Part shown: piece after piece, positions 1 to 9,959 of the stretch
Position numbering within the stretch: the first letter of the stretch is position 1
Layout of the letters: the number at the start of each line of letters is the position of its first letter
From: Thalassobaculaceae bacterium
Lineage (GTDB): Bacteria; Pseudomonadota; Alphaproteobacteria; Thalassobaculales; Thalassobaculaceae
NCBI GenBank assembly: GCA_965228875.1
Contig: OZ245843.1
Span: forward strand, 1-64,000
Direction of reading: 5' to 3'
Length of the DNA stretch: 64,000 nt
Translations under genes and position numbers: made by a program
Notes under the pieces: model-generated
What the model was told of the DNA's origin: nothing
Databases searched by the model: none
The model's input: only the letters and a program-made list of their open reading frames with translations

Positions 1-1
1 G

Positions 2-70
2 CCGCCGGAGAAGTACGACACATGGAAAAGCTTCACGATCACCTTCGATCCGAAGGACATGCTGTCATGA
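2..70 (+). CDS. tolA: C-terminal fragment of TolA (truncated by window edge)
   Basis: Frame from base 2 reads PPEKYDTWKSFTITFDPKDMLS*, resembling the alphaproteobacterial TolA C-terminus; lies directly before tolB-pal. Confidence 0.75.
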   Translation, partial: PPEKYDTWKSFTITFDPKDMLS

Positions 71-136
71 CCGACACGTCCGCCTCCGCCGCCTCCGACA
101 CCGGTCCGATCGTCGCGCCGCGCCCCGCCGCGTCCT

Positions 137-1501
137 CTGGTCGAGAGCGCCCTGTCGCGTCGCGATCTTGCCCGCCTGTCGCTCGCCGGCCTGGTCGGCG
201 CGGCCGGGATCGGCGGGTTCGCCGCTCCGGCGCGGAGCGAACTGAGGATCGACATCACCCGCGGTCGGGTCGATCCGCTGCCGGTCGCCATCGCCGACTT
301 CACCGGGGAGGGGATCGAGGCCACGCGGGTCGGCCGGATGATGAACGAGATCATCTCGGCGAACCTCGAACGCTCCGGCCTGTTCGCGCCGATCGACGCG
401 CGCGCCTTCATCCAGACCGATCTCGCGTTCGACACGCCGCCGCGCTTCGGCGACTGGCGCCAGATCAACGCCCAGGCGCTGGTTCACGGCCGGGTCACCA
501 TTCCCTCGACCGGCCAGTACCGGATCGAGTACCGCCTGTGGGACGTGTTCGCCGAGCAGTACATGACCGGCACGTCGCTGACTGCGATCGAGGAGTCGCT
601 GCGCCGGGCCGCGCACATCATCTCGGACATGATCTACAACCGGATCACCGGCGAGGACGGTTACTTCGACACCCGGTTCGTCTACATCGCCGAGAGCGGG
701 CCGCAGAACCGGCGCAAGAAGCAGCTCGCCATCATGGATCAGGACGGCGCCAACCATAAGTTCCTGACCGACGGCGAGACCCTGGTCCTGACCCCGCGCT
801 TCTCGCCGACGGTGCAGGAGATTACCTACCTCGCCTATTACCAGAACCGGCCGCGCGTCTACATCTTCAACCTCGATTCCGGACAGCAGGAAGTGCTCGG
901 CGACTTCCCGGGCATGACCTTCGCGCCCCGGTTCTCGCCGGACGGCAACCGGGTCATCATGAGCCTGGCGAAGGACGGCGTGACCGACATCTACACGATG
1001 GACCTGCGCACCCGGCGCGTCGCCCGGCTGACCAGCACGCGGTCGATCGACACGTCGCCGACCTACGCCCCGGATGGCAGCCAGGTGGTGTTCAACTCGG
1101 ACCGCGGCGGCAGCCAGCAGCTCTACACAATGTCGGCGGACGGCTCGGACGTGCGGCGGATCAGCTTCGGCAAGGGCCGCTACGCGACGCCGGTCTGGTC
1201 GCCGCGGGGCGACCTGATCGCCTTCACCAAGTTTGCCGGGACCAGCGGCAAGTTTCACATCGGCGTGATGCGTCCGGACGGATCGGGCGAGCGGCTGCTG
1301 ACCGAGGGGTTCCTCGTGGAGGCACCGAGCTGGTCGCCAAACGGCCGGGTTCTGGTGTATTTCAAGCAGGAGCCGACGGATCGGAACGGTCGCGGCGGAA
1401 GTTCCAAGTTGTATACGATCGATCTGACGGGATACAACGAGCGCGAGGTCCTGACACCGCTGGACGCATCCGATCCGGCGTGGAGCCCCTTGCTTCGCTA
1501 A
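137..1501 (+). CDS. tolB: Tol-Pal beta-propeller protein TolB (true start uncertain; first in-frame ATG is 338)
   Basis: ORF 338-1501 has repeated P.(F/W)SPDG propeller motifs and ends DPAWSPLL. The same frame upstream reads [38 protein letters not shown], a signal peptide plus the mature N-terminus. Confidence 0.93.
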   Translation: MVESALSRRDLARLSLAGLVGAAGIGGFAAPARSELRIDITRGRVDPLPVAIADFTGEGIEATRVGRMMNEIISANLERSGLFAPIDARAFIQTDLAFDTPPRFGDWRQINAQALVHGRVTIPSTGQYRIEYRLWDVFAEQYMTGTSLTAIEESLRRAAHIISDMIYNRITGEDGYFDTRFVYIAESGPQNRRKKQLAIMDQDGANHKFLTDGETLVLTPRFSPTVQEITYLAYYQNRPRVYIFNLDSGQQEVLGDFPGMTFAPRFSPDGNRVIMSLAKDGVTDIYTMDLRTRRVARLTSTRSIDTSPTYAPDGSQVVFNSDRGGSQQLYTMSADGSDVRRISFGKGRYATPVWSPRGDLIAFTKFAGTSGKFHIGVMRPDGSGERLLTEGFLVEAPSWSPNGRVLVYFKQEPTDRNGRGGSSKLYTIDLTGYNEREVLTPLDASDPAWSPLLR

Positions 1502-1519
1502 CCATTTACCCGCTATAAG
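1490..1519 (+). promoter_or_regulatory. Putative sigma70 promoter for pal
   Basis: TTGCTT at 1490-1495 and GCTATAAG at 1512-1519 resemble the alphaproteobacterial RpoD consensus. Confidence 0.5.
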
Positions 1520-1660
1520 AAAACCCGCTCGTGGTCGGCTGCCGGTTTACCGTGCAGTCCGGCGGGACGAGTCCGGGGGCCCGGACAGGCCGGGTCAACC
1601 AGGACCACGAGGGGGGCGGGGCGCCCGGCACCACAGATTCTCCAGAGGGACAGACCAATC

Positions 1661-2167
1661 ATGCGCATCAAGTTTCTGAGCGTGTTCGCTGCCGTCGCGC
1701 TGCTCGCTGCCTGCGAGACCGCTCCTGACGAGTCGGCGAACACGGGTTCGGGCGGCAACACGCAGCCGACCACCACGTCTTCCCCGGCTCCGGCTCCGAG
1801 CGGACCGGCCCCGGGCAGCGCCGAGGACTTCGTCGTCAACGTCGGCGACCGGGTGTTCTTCGATTTCGACAAGTCGGATCTCGGCGCCGAGGCGCGCACG
1901 ACGCTGGAGCGTCAGGCGTTCTTCCTGCGCAAGTACCCGAGCGTCGCGGTCACCGTTGAGGGCCATTGCGACGAGCGCGGCACCCGCGAGTACAACCTGG
2001 CGCTTGGCGAGCGTCGGGCCAGCTCGGTGCGCGACTACCTGGTGTCGCTCGGCATCGACCCGAGCCGGATCACGACGATCTCCTACGGCAAGGAGCGTCC
2101 GGTGAACCCGGCCTCGACCGACCAGGCCTGGGCGGAGAACCGTCGCGGCGTCACCGTCATCAACTGA
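1661..2167 (+). CDS. pal: Peptidoglycan-associated lipoprotein Pal
   Basis: Lipobox LAAC; OmpA-like motif EGHCDERGTREYNLALGERRA; follows tolB. Confidence 0.97.
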   Translation: MRIKFLSVFAAVALLAACETAPDESANTGSGGNTQPTTTSSPAPAPSGPAPGSAEDFVVNVGDRVFFDFDKSDLGAEARTTLERQAFFLRKYPSVAVTVEGHCDERGTREYNLALGERRASSVRDYLVSLGIDPSRITTISYGKERPVNPASTDQAWAENRRGVTVIN

Positions 2168-2187
2168 CGGTCGAGCATCGTTACCCG

Positions 2188-2227
2188 AACGGCGGTGCCC
2201 GGCGACGGGGCGCCGCCGTTCTGCTTT
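2188..2227 (+). terminator. Probable intrinsic terminator after pal
   Basis: AACGGCGGTGCCC pairs with GGGCGCCGCCGTT (one G-U), followed by CTGCTTT. Confidence 0.6.
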
Positions 2228-2288
2228 CGGCGGAGCGGACCGGGCGCTGCGCCATATTTCCGCCGCGAGCTTGCCGGAGACTGGAATC

Positions 2289-3281
2289 ATGATGCGTGGT
2301 GTTGTGTTCCTCTTCCTCCTGGCGGCGGCCGTTCCGACGGCCGCGTCGGCGCAGCAGGATGTCAGCGGTCTGCTCAACCGGATCGCCCGGCTTGAGCGGG
2401 AACTGGCGGACCTGCAGCGCACGGTTTACGCCGGCGCGCCGCCCTCGGTGGCCGCCTCGGCCGCCGCGGGCCAGGCGTCCCAACTCGCCCAGCCGGACGG
2501 CGCCGGCGGATCGCCGCTGGCCAGGATCGAGATAAAACTGCAGCAGATCGAGGCCGAGTTGCGGCAAGTCACGGGCCGCGTCGAGGAACTCGGCCATTCC
2601 GTGCAGACCGTCTCCGACCGTGTCGACCGGCTGCAGACCGATACCGATATCCGTTTTCGCGAACTGACGGGCGAGCCCGGAGCCACTCCGTCCACGGCCC
2701 CGGCTGGCGTGTCGGGACGGCCCGAACTGCCCGCGCCGGCCGGCCCCACGCCGCCACAGACCGGCGCGCCGGCGGGATCGCTCGGAACCTTGAGCGGCAA
2801 CGATCTCTCGACGTTGCAGGCGACTCCTCCGACATCCGGCGGCGCTGCTGCCGGTTCCGCCGCCGGACAGGTGGCGCTGCTGCCGGCGGACGGGTCCGTC
2901 GAGGAGCAGTACAAGGCCGCCTTCGACCACCTCGTCAGGCATGACCTGCCGACGGCCGAGGCGGCGTTCACCGCGTTCCTGCAGACCCACCCGGACGACC
3001 CGCTGGCCGGCAACGCCCAATACTGGCTGGGCGAGACCTTCTATGCCCGCGAGCGCTACGAGGATGCGGCGGTGGCCTTCCTGGAGGGCTACCAGTCCTA
3101 TCCCGACAGCCCGAAGGCCTCCGACAACCTGCTGAAACTGGGCATGTCGCTGGCGAGGATCGACCGCAAGGAGGAGGCCTGCACGACCTTCGCCAAGCTG
3201 AGCCAGGACTTCCCGAACGCACCCACCAACATCAAGCGCCGGCTGATCAACGAGGTGAAGGCGCTGAACTGCAACGGGTGA
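2289..3281 (+). CDS. cpoB: Tol-Pal-associated cell division coordinator CpoB (YbgF)
   Basis: Signal peptide, N-terminal coiled coil, C-terminal TPR region (NAQYWLGE, LLKLGMSL); follows pal. Confidence 0.93.
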   Translation: MMRGVVFLFLLAAAVPTAASAQQDVSGLLNRIARLERELADLQRTVYAGAPPSVAASAAAGQASQLAQPDGAGGSPLARIEIKLQQIEAELRQVTGRVEELGHSVQTVSDRVDRLQTDTDIRFRELTGEPGATPSTAPAGVSGRPELPAPAGPTPPQTGAPAGSLGTLSGNDLSTLQATPPTSGGAAAGSAAGQVALLPADGSVEEQYKAAFDHLVRHDLPTAEAAFTAFLQTHPDDPLAGNAQYWLGETFYARERYEDAAVAFLEGYQSYPDSPKASDNLLKLGMSLARIDRKEEACTTFAKLSQDFPNAPTNIKRRLINEVKALNCNG

Positions 3282-4645
3282 CCCCGGACCCTGAAGATGG
3301 GGCCGCGCCGCTGTCCGCGGAGGAGGGGATCGCGCTGCTCGACGGCCTTCTCGCGATCGGCGGACGGGACACCGTCGCCGTGGCGGTTTCCGGCGGGCCG
3401 GACAGCACCGCCCTTCTGCATGTCGCCGACCTCTGGTCGCGTCGGCGCTCCACGCCGCTTCTGATCCTGACCGTCGACCATGGCCTGCGGGCGGAAGCCG
3501 CGGCTGAGGCGGCCGCTGTGCAGGCGCTGGCCAGGCGCCTCGGTCATTCCCACCGGACCCTGCGTTGGACCGGGCCGAAGCCGGCGACGGGCCTCCAGGC
3601 GGCGGCGCGGGCGGCGCGGCTCCGTCTCATGGCCGAGGCGTGCCACGCCGCCGGGGCCGACACGCTGCTGCTTGCCCACCACCGCGACGATCAGGCGGAG
3701 ACCGTCCTGCACCGGATCGACCGCGCCACCGGGCCCGCCGGCCTCGCCGGGATGGCGTCGACCGCCGCCTGGCATGGCATCCATCTGGCCCGACCGTTTC
3801 TGGGCATCGCGAAGCGGCGCCTGATCGCCACCTGCCGGGCAGCCGGCATGGGCTACGCCGAGGATCCGTCCAATGCCGACCTTCGCTATACCCGGGGACA
3901 GTTCCGCCGTCTGCGACCGGCGCTCGACGAGGTCGGTCTCACCGTCGACCGCCTGACGCGGCTGGCGGACGCCATGGGTGTGGCGCGCGCCGCGCTGGAG
4001 ACGGCGGCCCGGGACCTGCTGGAACGGGATGCGACGATCCTGCCCTGCGGGACGGTTCGTCTCGACCGCGCCGCGTTCGCCGCCGGGCCGCCGGCGCTGA
4101 CCGCCACACTCCTGACCGCCGTCCTGCGGATCTCCGGTGGCGGCGGCTATCCTGCGGGGACCGGTGCCCTGGCCACGCTCCGCGACTGGCTAGCGCGGTC
4201 CCGCGCGAACGGCCGTCGTACCCTGGCGGGCTGCCTCGTGCAGGCGGAGGCGGATCGGGTCACCGTCATGCGGGAGGTTGCGGCATGCGAACCGGCGCGG
4301 ACGGTGCACCCGGACGGCGCCGCGTGCTGGGACGGGCGTTTCATCGTCCGCAACGCCACCGACCGGCCGGTAAGGGTGTCGGCCTGCGGCGTCGAGGGAT
4401 GGCGGCGGATCAGGCGTCTCTGCCTCGACGCCGCAATGCGACCGGCGGAACGCGATCTGCCGCACGCGGCGCGCCTCGCGTGGCCGATTGTCGCTGACCT
4501 TGACGGGGTGGTTGCGCTCCCCCACCTTGTGCTGAGCGAGCGGAGGGCGCCCGGCCGGCACGATATCGGGGTGGAAATCTACCCGCTGGCAACATCTGCG
4601 CGACGGATCGACAGGCCGCTGGCCAAGGGAAGGCTGAAGACGTGA
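3278..4645 (+). CDS. tilS: tRNA(Ile)-lysidine synthetase
   Basis: PP-loop [22 protein letters not shown] and DPSN motifs; conserved cpoB-tilS-ftsH order. Confidence 0.95.
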   Translation: MTPDPEDGAAPLSAEEGIALLDGLLAIGGRDTVAVAVSGGPDSTALLHVADLWSRRRSTPLLILTVDHGLRAEAAAEAAAVQALARRLGHSHRTLRWTGPKPATGLQAAARAARLRLMAEACHAAGADTLLLAHHRDDQAETVLHRIDRATGPAGLAGMASTAAWHGIHLARPFLGIAKRRLIATCRAAGMGYAEDPSNADLRYTRGQFRRLRPALDEVGLTVDRLTRLADAMGVARAALETAARDLLERDATILPCGTVRLDRAAFAAGPPALTATLLTAVLRISGGGGYPAGTGALATLRDWLARSRANGRRTLAGCLVQAEADRVTVMREVAACEPARTVHPDGAACWDGRFIVRNATDRPVRVSACGVEGWRRIRRLCLDAAMRPAERDLPHAARLAWPIVADLDGVVALPHLVLSERRAPGRHDIGVEIYPLATSARRIDRPLAKGRLKT

Positions 4646-6573
4646 ATAATTTCGGCAAGAATCTCGCCCTCTGGATCATCATCGGCGTCCTCCTGGTGGC
4701 GCTGTTCAATCTGTTCCAGGGGTCCTCGACCCGTACCGGTCAACGAAGCCTCGCCTATTCGGACTTTCTGGCCGAGGTGGAGAGCGGGCGGGTCAACCAG
4801 GTGACCATCCAGGGACAGCAGATCTCCGGTCGCTTCTCCGACGGCAGCACGTTCCAGACCTACGCGCCGCAGGACGCGAATCTCGTCCCGCGCCTTGATC
4901 AGTCGGGCGTTCGGATCTCCGCAGCACCGCCCGAAGAGGGCATGTCCGGAATGCTGGGCATCCTGATCAGCTGGTTCCCCATGCTGCTGTTCATCGCGGT
5001 GTGGATCTTCTTCATGCGCCAGATGCAGGGTGGCGGCGGCAAGGCCATGGGCTTCGGCAAGAGCCGGGCGCGGCTGCTGACCGAGAAGACCGGGCGCGTG
5101 ACCTTCGACGACGTGGCCGGCATCGACGAGGCCAAGTCCGAGCTCGAGGAAATCGTCGAATTCCTGAAGGACCCGCAGCGCTTCCAGCGCCTCGGCGGCA
5201 AGATCCCCAAGGGCTGCCTCCTGGTGGGCCCTCCGGGTACGGGTAAGACGCTGCTGGCCCGCGCGATCGCCGGCGAAGCCAACGTGCCGTTCTTCACCAT
5301 CTCCGGCTCGGACTTCGTGGAAATGTTCGTAGGCGTCGGTGCGAGCCGCGTGCGCGACATGTTCGAGCAGGGCAAGAAGAACGCGCCGTGCATCATTTTC
5401 ATCGACGAGATCGATGCGGTCGGCCGCCATCGCGGCGCCGGCCTGGGCGGCGGCAACGACGAGCGCGAGCAGACCCTGAACCAGCTCCTGGTCGAGATGG
5501 ACGGGTTCGAGGCGAACGAGGGCGTGATCCTGATCGCCGCGACCAACCGTCCCGACGTGCTCGACCCGGCATTGCTCCGTCCCGGCCGCTTCGACCGTCA
5601 GATCGTCGTGCCGAACCCGGACATCCTGGGGCGCGAGAAGATCCTCAAGGTGCACATGCGCAAGGTGCCGCTCGGCCCGGATGTCGACGCGCGCACGATC
5701 GCCCGCGGCACCCCCGGCTTCTCCGGTGCCGACCTGGCGAACCTGGTCAACGAGGCGGCGTTGCTGGCCGCCCGCAAGGGCAAGCGCGTCGTCGGCATGA
5801 CCGAGTTCGAGGAAGCCAAGGACAAGGTCATGATGGGCTCGGAGCGCCGCTCCATGGTCATGACCGACGAGGAGAAGAAGCTCACCGCCTATCACGAGGC
5901 CGGCCACGCGATCGTCGCCCTGCACTGCCCGGACAGCGATCCGATCCACAAAGCGACGATCATCCCGCGCGGCCGTGCGCTCGGCATGGTCATGCGCCTG
6001 CCGGAAGGGGACCGCATTTCGCTGTCGAAAGCGAAGCTCGAAGCCGATCTGCGGGTCGCCTGCGGCGGGCGGATCGCCGAGGACCTGATCTTCGGCGCCG
6101 ACCGGATCACCACCGGGGCTTCCTCCGACATCCGCATGGTGTCGGACATGGCCCGGCGCATGATCACCGAATGGGGCATGAGCGATAAGCTCGGATTCCT
6201 GGCCTATTCCGCCGACCAGCAGGAGGTCTTCCTCGGTCATTCGGTGACCCAGCAGAAGAATGTCTCGGACGCCACGGCCAACGTGATCGACGAGGAGATC
6301 CGGCGGATCACCGACGAGGCCTACGACGATGCCCGTCGGATCCTCGAGCAGCACATGGAAGACCTGCACTCCCTGGCCAAGGGGCTGCTGGAATACGAGA
6401 CCCTGTCGGGCGACGAGATTCAGGAGCTGCTGGCCGGCGGGTCGGTGAACCGTGGTGGCCGCGACGAGCCGACCAAGCCAAGCGGTCCCGGCCGGCGGGC
6501 GTCGGTTCCGACCGGCGGCGCGGCGCCGGGCGGTGGCGGCGGCATGGAGCCCGACCCGCAGCCGGGCGACTGA
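4642..6573 (+). CDS. ftsH: ATP-dependent zinc metalloprotease FtsH
   Basis: Two N-terminal TM segments, Walker A GPPGTGKT, Walker B FIDEID, zinc motif HEAGH. Confidence 0.99.
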   Translation: MNNFGKNLALWIIIGVLLVALFNLFQGSSTRTGQRSLAYSDFLAEVESGRVNQVTIQGQQISGRFSDGSTFQTYAPQDANLVPRLDQSGVRISAAPPEEGMSGMLGILISWFPMLLFIAVWIFFMRQMQGGGGKAMGFGKSRARLLTEKTGRVTFDDVAGIDEAKSELEEIVEFLKDPQRFQRLGGKIPKGCLLVGPPGTGKTLLARAIAGEANVPFFTISGSDFVEMFVGVGASRVRDMFEQGKKNAPCIIFIDEIDAVGRHRGAGLGGGNDEREQTLNQLLVEMDGFEANEGVILIAATNRPDVLDPALLRPGRFDRQIVVPNPDILGREKILKVHMRKVPLGPDVDARTIARGTPGFSGADLANLVNEAALLAARKGKRVVGMTEFEEAKDKVMMGSERRSMVMTDEEKKLTAYHEAGHAIVALHCPDSDPIHKATIIPRGRALGMVMRLPEGDRISLSKAKLEADLRVACGGRIAEDLIFGADRITTGASSDIRMVSDMARRMITEWGMSDKLGFLAYSADQQEVFLGHSVTQQKNVSDATANVIDEEIRRITDEAYDDARRILEQHMEDLHSLAKGLLEYETLSGDEIQELLAGGSVNRGGRDEPTKPSGPGRRASVPTGGAAPGGGGGMEPDPQPGD

Positions 6574-6587
6574 CGACCGTCGTCCCC

Positions 6588-7685
6588 ATGTCCCTGCCGA
6601 TCATCAGAGAGCCCGCGCCGACGCGCGGGCTTTCCGCATCAACCGCCATCACCCATGCCCGTCCGGTGGACCTGCTCTACGGGGCGGCGGCGTCCTCGGC
6701 CATCGCGCACGGCGAGGCCCTGCCGCTGGCTGGCGGCCCGGTCGCGTTCCGGGCGCTGGACTTGCTTTCCCGGTCGCCAGACGCGGTGCGGATTCGAACG
6801 GTTCCGGTGCCCGATCTCGACGCCGGGATCCTTCCGGCCGGCCTGCTCGATCGTCTGGTGCGGCCCCGCGGACCTCAGTGGCGGACGGACGGCCCGGCCA
6901 TCATGGGGGTCGTCAACGTCACCCCGGACAGTTTCTCCGATGGTGGCCGCTTCGCCTCGCGCGACGCCGCGATCGACCAGGGACGACGACTGGCGGAGGA
7001 GGGGGCCGATATCCTCGATATCGGCGGCGAGTCGACCCGTCCGGGCGCGGCCGAGGTTTCCGTCGAGGAGGAGATCGACCGCGTCGTCCCGGTGGTCGAA
7101 GCTCTGGCGGCCGACGGCCATCGGATCTCCATCGATAGCCGCAAGGCACCGGTGATGCGTGCCGCTCTCGATGCTGGCGCCGTTATCGTCAACGACGTTT
7201 CCGCCCTGGCCCACGATCCCGAGGCGCCGACGCTGCTCGCGGCGCGTGATGTGCCGGTGATCCTGATGCATATGCGGGGCGAGCCCGGTACGATGCAGGA
7301 CGATCCGCACTACGCCTGTGCGCCGCTCGATGTGTTCGACGAACTGGCGGCCCGGCTCGCGGCGGCCGAGGCGGGCGGCATCGGCGGCGAGCGACTGGTG
7401 GTCGATCCCGGTTTCGGCTTCGCCAAGACGCCGGTGCACAATCTTCAGGTTACGGCCTGGCTGTCCCTGCTGCACGGTCTCGGGCGACCTGTCCTGTTCG
7501 GGGCGTCGCGCAAGAGCTCGATCGCGCGCCTTTCGCGGGATGAGCCGGCGGACAAGCGCCTGCCCGGCTCGCTTGCCCTGGCCCTTGCGGCCTACGATCT
7601 TGGGGCGCAGACCATCCGGGTGCATGATGCCGCCGAAACTGCACAGGCCATCGCCATCCGGCGGGCGCTGCTGGACCAGACGTAG
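6588..7685 (+). CDS. folP: Dihydropteroate synthase with ~100-aa N-terminal extension
   Basis: MGVVNVTPDSFSDGG, DIGGESTRPG, DPGFGF, SRKS and RVHD motifs. Confidence 0.96.
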   Translation: MSLPIIREPAPTRGLSASTAITHARPVDLLYGAAASSAIAHGEALPLAGGPVAFRALDLLSRSPDAVRIRTVPVPDLDAGILPAGLLDRLVRPRGPQWRTDGPAIMGVVNVTPDSFSDGGRFASRDAAIDQGRRLAEEGADILDIGGESTRPGAAEVSVEEEIDRVVPVVEALAADGHRISIDSRKAPVMRAALDAGAVIVNDVSALAHDPEAPTLLAARDVPVILMHMRGEPGTMQDDPHYACAPLDVFDELAARLAAAEAGGIGGERLVVDPGFGFAKTPVHNLQVTAWLSLLHGLGRPVLFGASRKSSIARLSRDEPADKRLPGSLALALAAYDLGAQTIRVHDAAETAQAIAIRRALLDQT

Positions 7686-7762
7686 CCCGGGGCGGCGTTA
7701 AGGTCCTCTAAAGATCGAATGCGCTATAAATGTCGAAGCGATTGAGGGAATTCGGTTCATCC

Positions 7763-9124
7763 ATGGCACGCACTCTTTTCGGTACGGACGGCATTCGGGG
7801 ACGCGCGAACAGCGAGCCGATGACGCCGGCCACCGCGATGGCGGTGGCGATGGCGGCCGGCGCACGGTTCCGCGGCGACCACGGCCGTCGGAACCTGGTA
7901 CTGATCGGCAAGGACACCCGGCTGTCCGGCTACATGATCGAGCCTGCGATGGTCGCGGGGTTCACCTCCATCGGGATGGACGTGGTTCTGGTCGGCCCGA
8001 TGCCGACCCCGGCGGTCGCCATGCTGGTGCAGTCGCTGCGTGCCGACCTCGGGGTGATGATCTCGGCGTCGCACAATCCCTATCATGACAACGGCATCAA
8101 GCTGTTCGGTCCGGACGGCTTCAAGCTCTCGGACGCGGTCGAGGCGGAGATCGAGGCGCTTGTCGCGCGCCAGGCTGACCTGCCGCTGGCCGCCGCGGAG
8201 GCGCTGGGGCGCGCCCGGCGGCTTGAGGACGAGCAGGGACGCTATATCGAGGTGGTGAAGTCCACGTTCCCGCGCGACCTGCGACTGGATGGTGTGAAGG
8301 TCGTGGTCGACTGCGCCAACGGTGCCGCCTACAAGGCCGCTCCCCGCGTCCTGTTCGAACTCGGTGCCGAGGTCGTGGCGATGGGGGTGTCGCCGGACGG
8401 ATTCAACATCAACGACGGCTGCGGGGCGACGGCGCCGGAGGCCATGATGGCCCGGGTGCAGGCGGAGAGGGCCGATGTCGGTATCGCCCTCGACGGCGAC
8501 GCCGACCGGCTGATCCTGGCCGACGAGACGGGCCACAAGCTCGACGGCGACCAGATTCTCGGCCTGATCGGCGGTTCCTGGCTGGTCGAGGGCCGACTGA
8601 AGGGCGGCGGCGTCGTGGCCACGGTGATGTCCAACCTGGGCTTGGAGCGGTACCTGAACGGCGTCGGGCTCGATCTCGTGCGGGCGAAGGTCGGCGACCG
8701 CTACGTGCTGGAGGCAATGCGGGCCGGCGGCTACAACGTCGGCGGCGAGCAGTCCGGCCATATGATCCTGTCGGACCACGGCACGACCGGCGATGGGCTG
8801 GTGGCGGCGCTGCAGGTGCTGGCGGCGATGAAGCGCGCGGACCGTCCGCTGTCCGAGGTGGCGCGGGTGTTCGAGCCGATGCCGCAGATCCTGCGAAACG
8901 TCCGCTATGGCGGGGGGGACCCGCTGTCCAGTGTCGCAGTCAGGGCGGCCATCGCCGAGAGCGAGAGCGACCTCGGCACCGCCGGCCGGCTGGTGATCCG
9001 CAAGTCGGGCACCGAGCCGCTGATCCGGGTCATGGCCCAGGGCGGGGACGAAAGCAAAGTCACGGGCGCCGTCGACCGGGTCGTCGCGGCGATCGAGCAG
9101 ATGACCACAACGGCGGCGGAGTAG
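7763..9124 (+). CDS. glmM: Phosphoglucosamine mutase
   Basis: [15 protein letters not shown] phosphoserine motif, DGDADR, GGEQSGH. Confidence 0.97.
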   Translation: MARTLFGTDGIRGRANSEPMTPATAMAVAMAAGARFRGDHGRRNLVLIGKDTRLSGYMIEPAMVAGFTSIGMDVVLVGPMPTPAVAMLVQSLRADLGVMISASHNPYHDNGIKLFGPDGFKLSDAVEAEIEALVARQADLPLAAAEALGRARRLEDEQGRYIEVVKSTFPRDLRLDGVKVVVDCANGAAYKAAPRVLFELGAEVVAMGVSPDGFNINDGCGATAPEAMMARVQAERADVGIALDGDADRLILADETGHKLDGDQILGLIGGSWLVEGRLKGGGVVATVMSNLGLERYLNGVGLDLVRAKVGDRYVLEAMRAGGYNVGGEQSGHMILSDHGTTGDGLVAALQVLAAMKRADRPLSEVARVFEPMPQILRNVRYGGGDPLSSVAVRAAIAESESDLGTAGRLVIRKSGTEPLIRVMAQGGDESKVTGAVDRVVAAIEQMTTTAAE

Positions 9125-9129
9125 AAGGC

Positions 9130-9942
9130 ATGCCGAGACAGATGCACGGGCGCGTGCTGATCGCCGCCGGATCCGATTCCGGCGGTGGCGCGGGCATACA
9201 GGCCGACACCAAGACGGTGACGGCGCTTGGCGGGTACGCGATGACCGCCATCACCGCGCTGACCGCGCAGAACACCAAGGGCGTCTTCGGCGTCCATGAG
9301 GTGCCGATCCCCTTCCTGCGTCAGCAGCTCGACCTGCTGATCGACGACATCGGCGTCGATGCGATCAAGACCGGCATGCTGCATTCGGGGCCGGTGATCG
9401 ACGCCATCTGCGATGTCATCGAGGAAAAGGCGATGGACGTGCCGCTCGTGGTCGATCCGGTGATGGTGGCCAAGGGCGGCCATCCGCTGCTCGAACACGA
9501 GGCCATGGGCGTCCTGAAGGCGCGGCTCATCCTGCGCGCTCACATCCTCACGCCGAACCTTCCTGAGGCGGAGCTGCTGACCGGCATGACGATCCGCGAT
9601 GTCGACGACATGCACCACGCGGCGGAGATGCTTCTGTCGCTGGGACCGCCGGCGGTCCTGCTGAAAGGCGGGCACTTGGCGTCCGACCGGGTGGTCGATC
9701 TGCTGGCGACGGAGAACGGCGTCCGCGCGTTCGAGAGCCCGAGGATCGCGTCCACGAGTACCCACGGTACCGGATGCACGCTGTCATCGGCGATCGCCTG
9801 CGGCCTTGCCCAGGGACTGGCCGTGGAGGCGGCGGTCGAGCGGGCGCGGGCCTATGTGACGACGGCGATCAAGACCGCACCGGGCTACGGGCACGGCCAC
9901 GGGCCGCTGAACCACGCCCACACGGTGACCGCGAAAGCCTGA
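9130..9942 (+). CDS. thiD: Hydroxymethylpyrimidine/phosphomethylpyrimidine kinase
   Basis: AGSDSGGGAGIQAD, DPVM, TPNLPE, THGTGCT and GHGPLNH motifs. Confidence 0.96.
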   Translation: MPRQMHGRVLIAAGSDSGGGAGIQADTKTVTALGGYAMTAITALTAQNTKGVFGVHEVPIPFLRQQLDLLIDDIGVDAIKTGMLHSGPVIDAICDVIEEKAMDVPLVVDPVMVAKGGHPLLEHEAMGVLKARLILRAHILTPNLPEAELLTGMTIRDVDDMHHAAEMLLSLGPPAVLLKGGHLASDRVVDLLATENGVRAFESPRIASTSTHGTGCTLSSAIACGLAQGLAVEAAVERARAYVTTAIKTAPGYGHGHGPLNHAHTVTAKA

Positions 9943-9959
9943 CCCGATCCGGCGCGACG

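Noticed and set aside
6588..6900. FolP N-terminal extension as a novel domain
   Set aside because: Similar extensions are familiar in alphaproteobacterial FolP; no motif seen.
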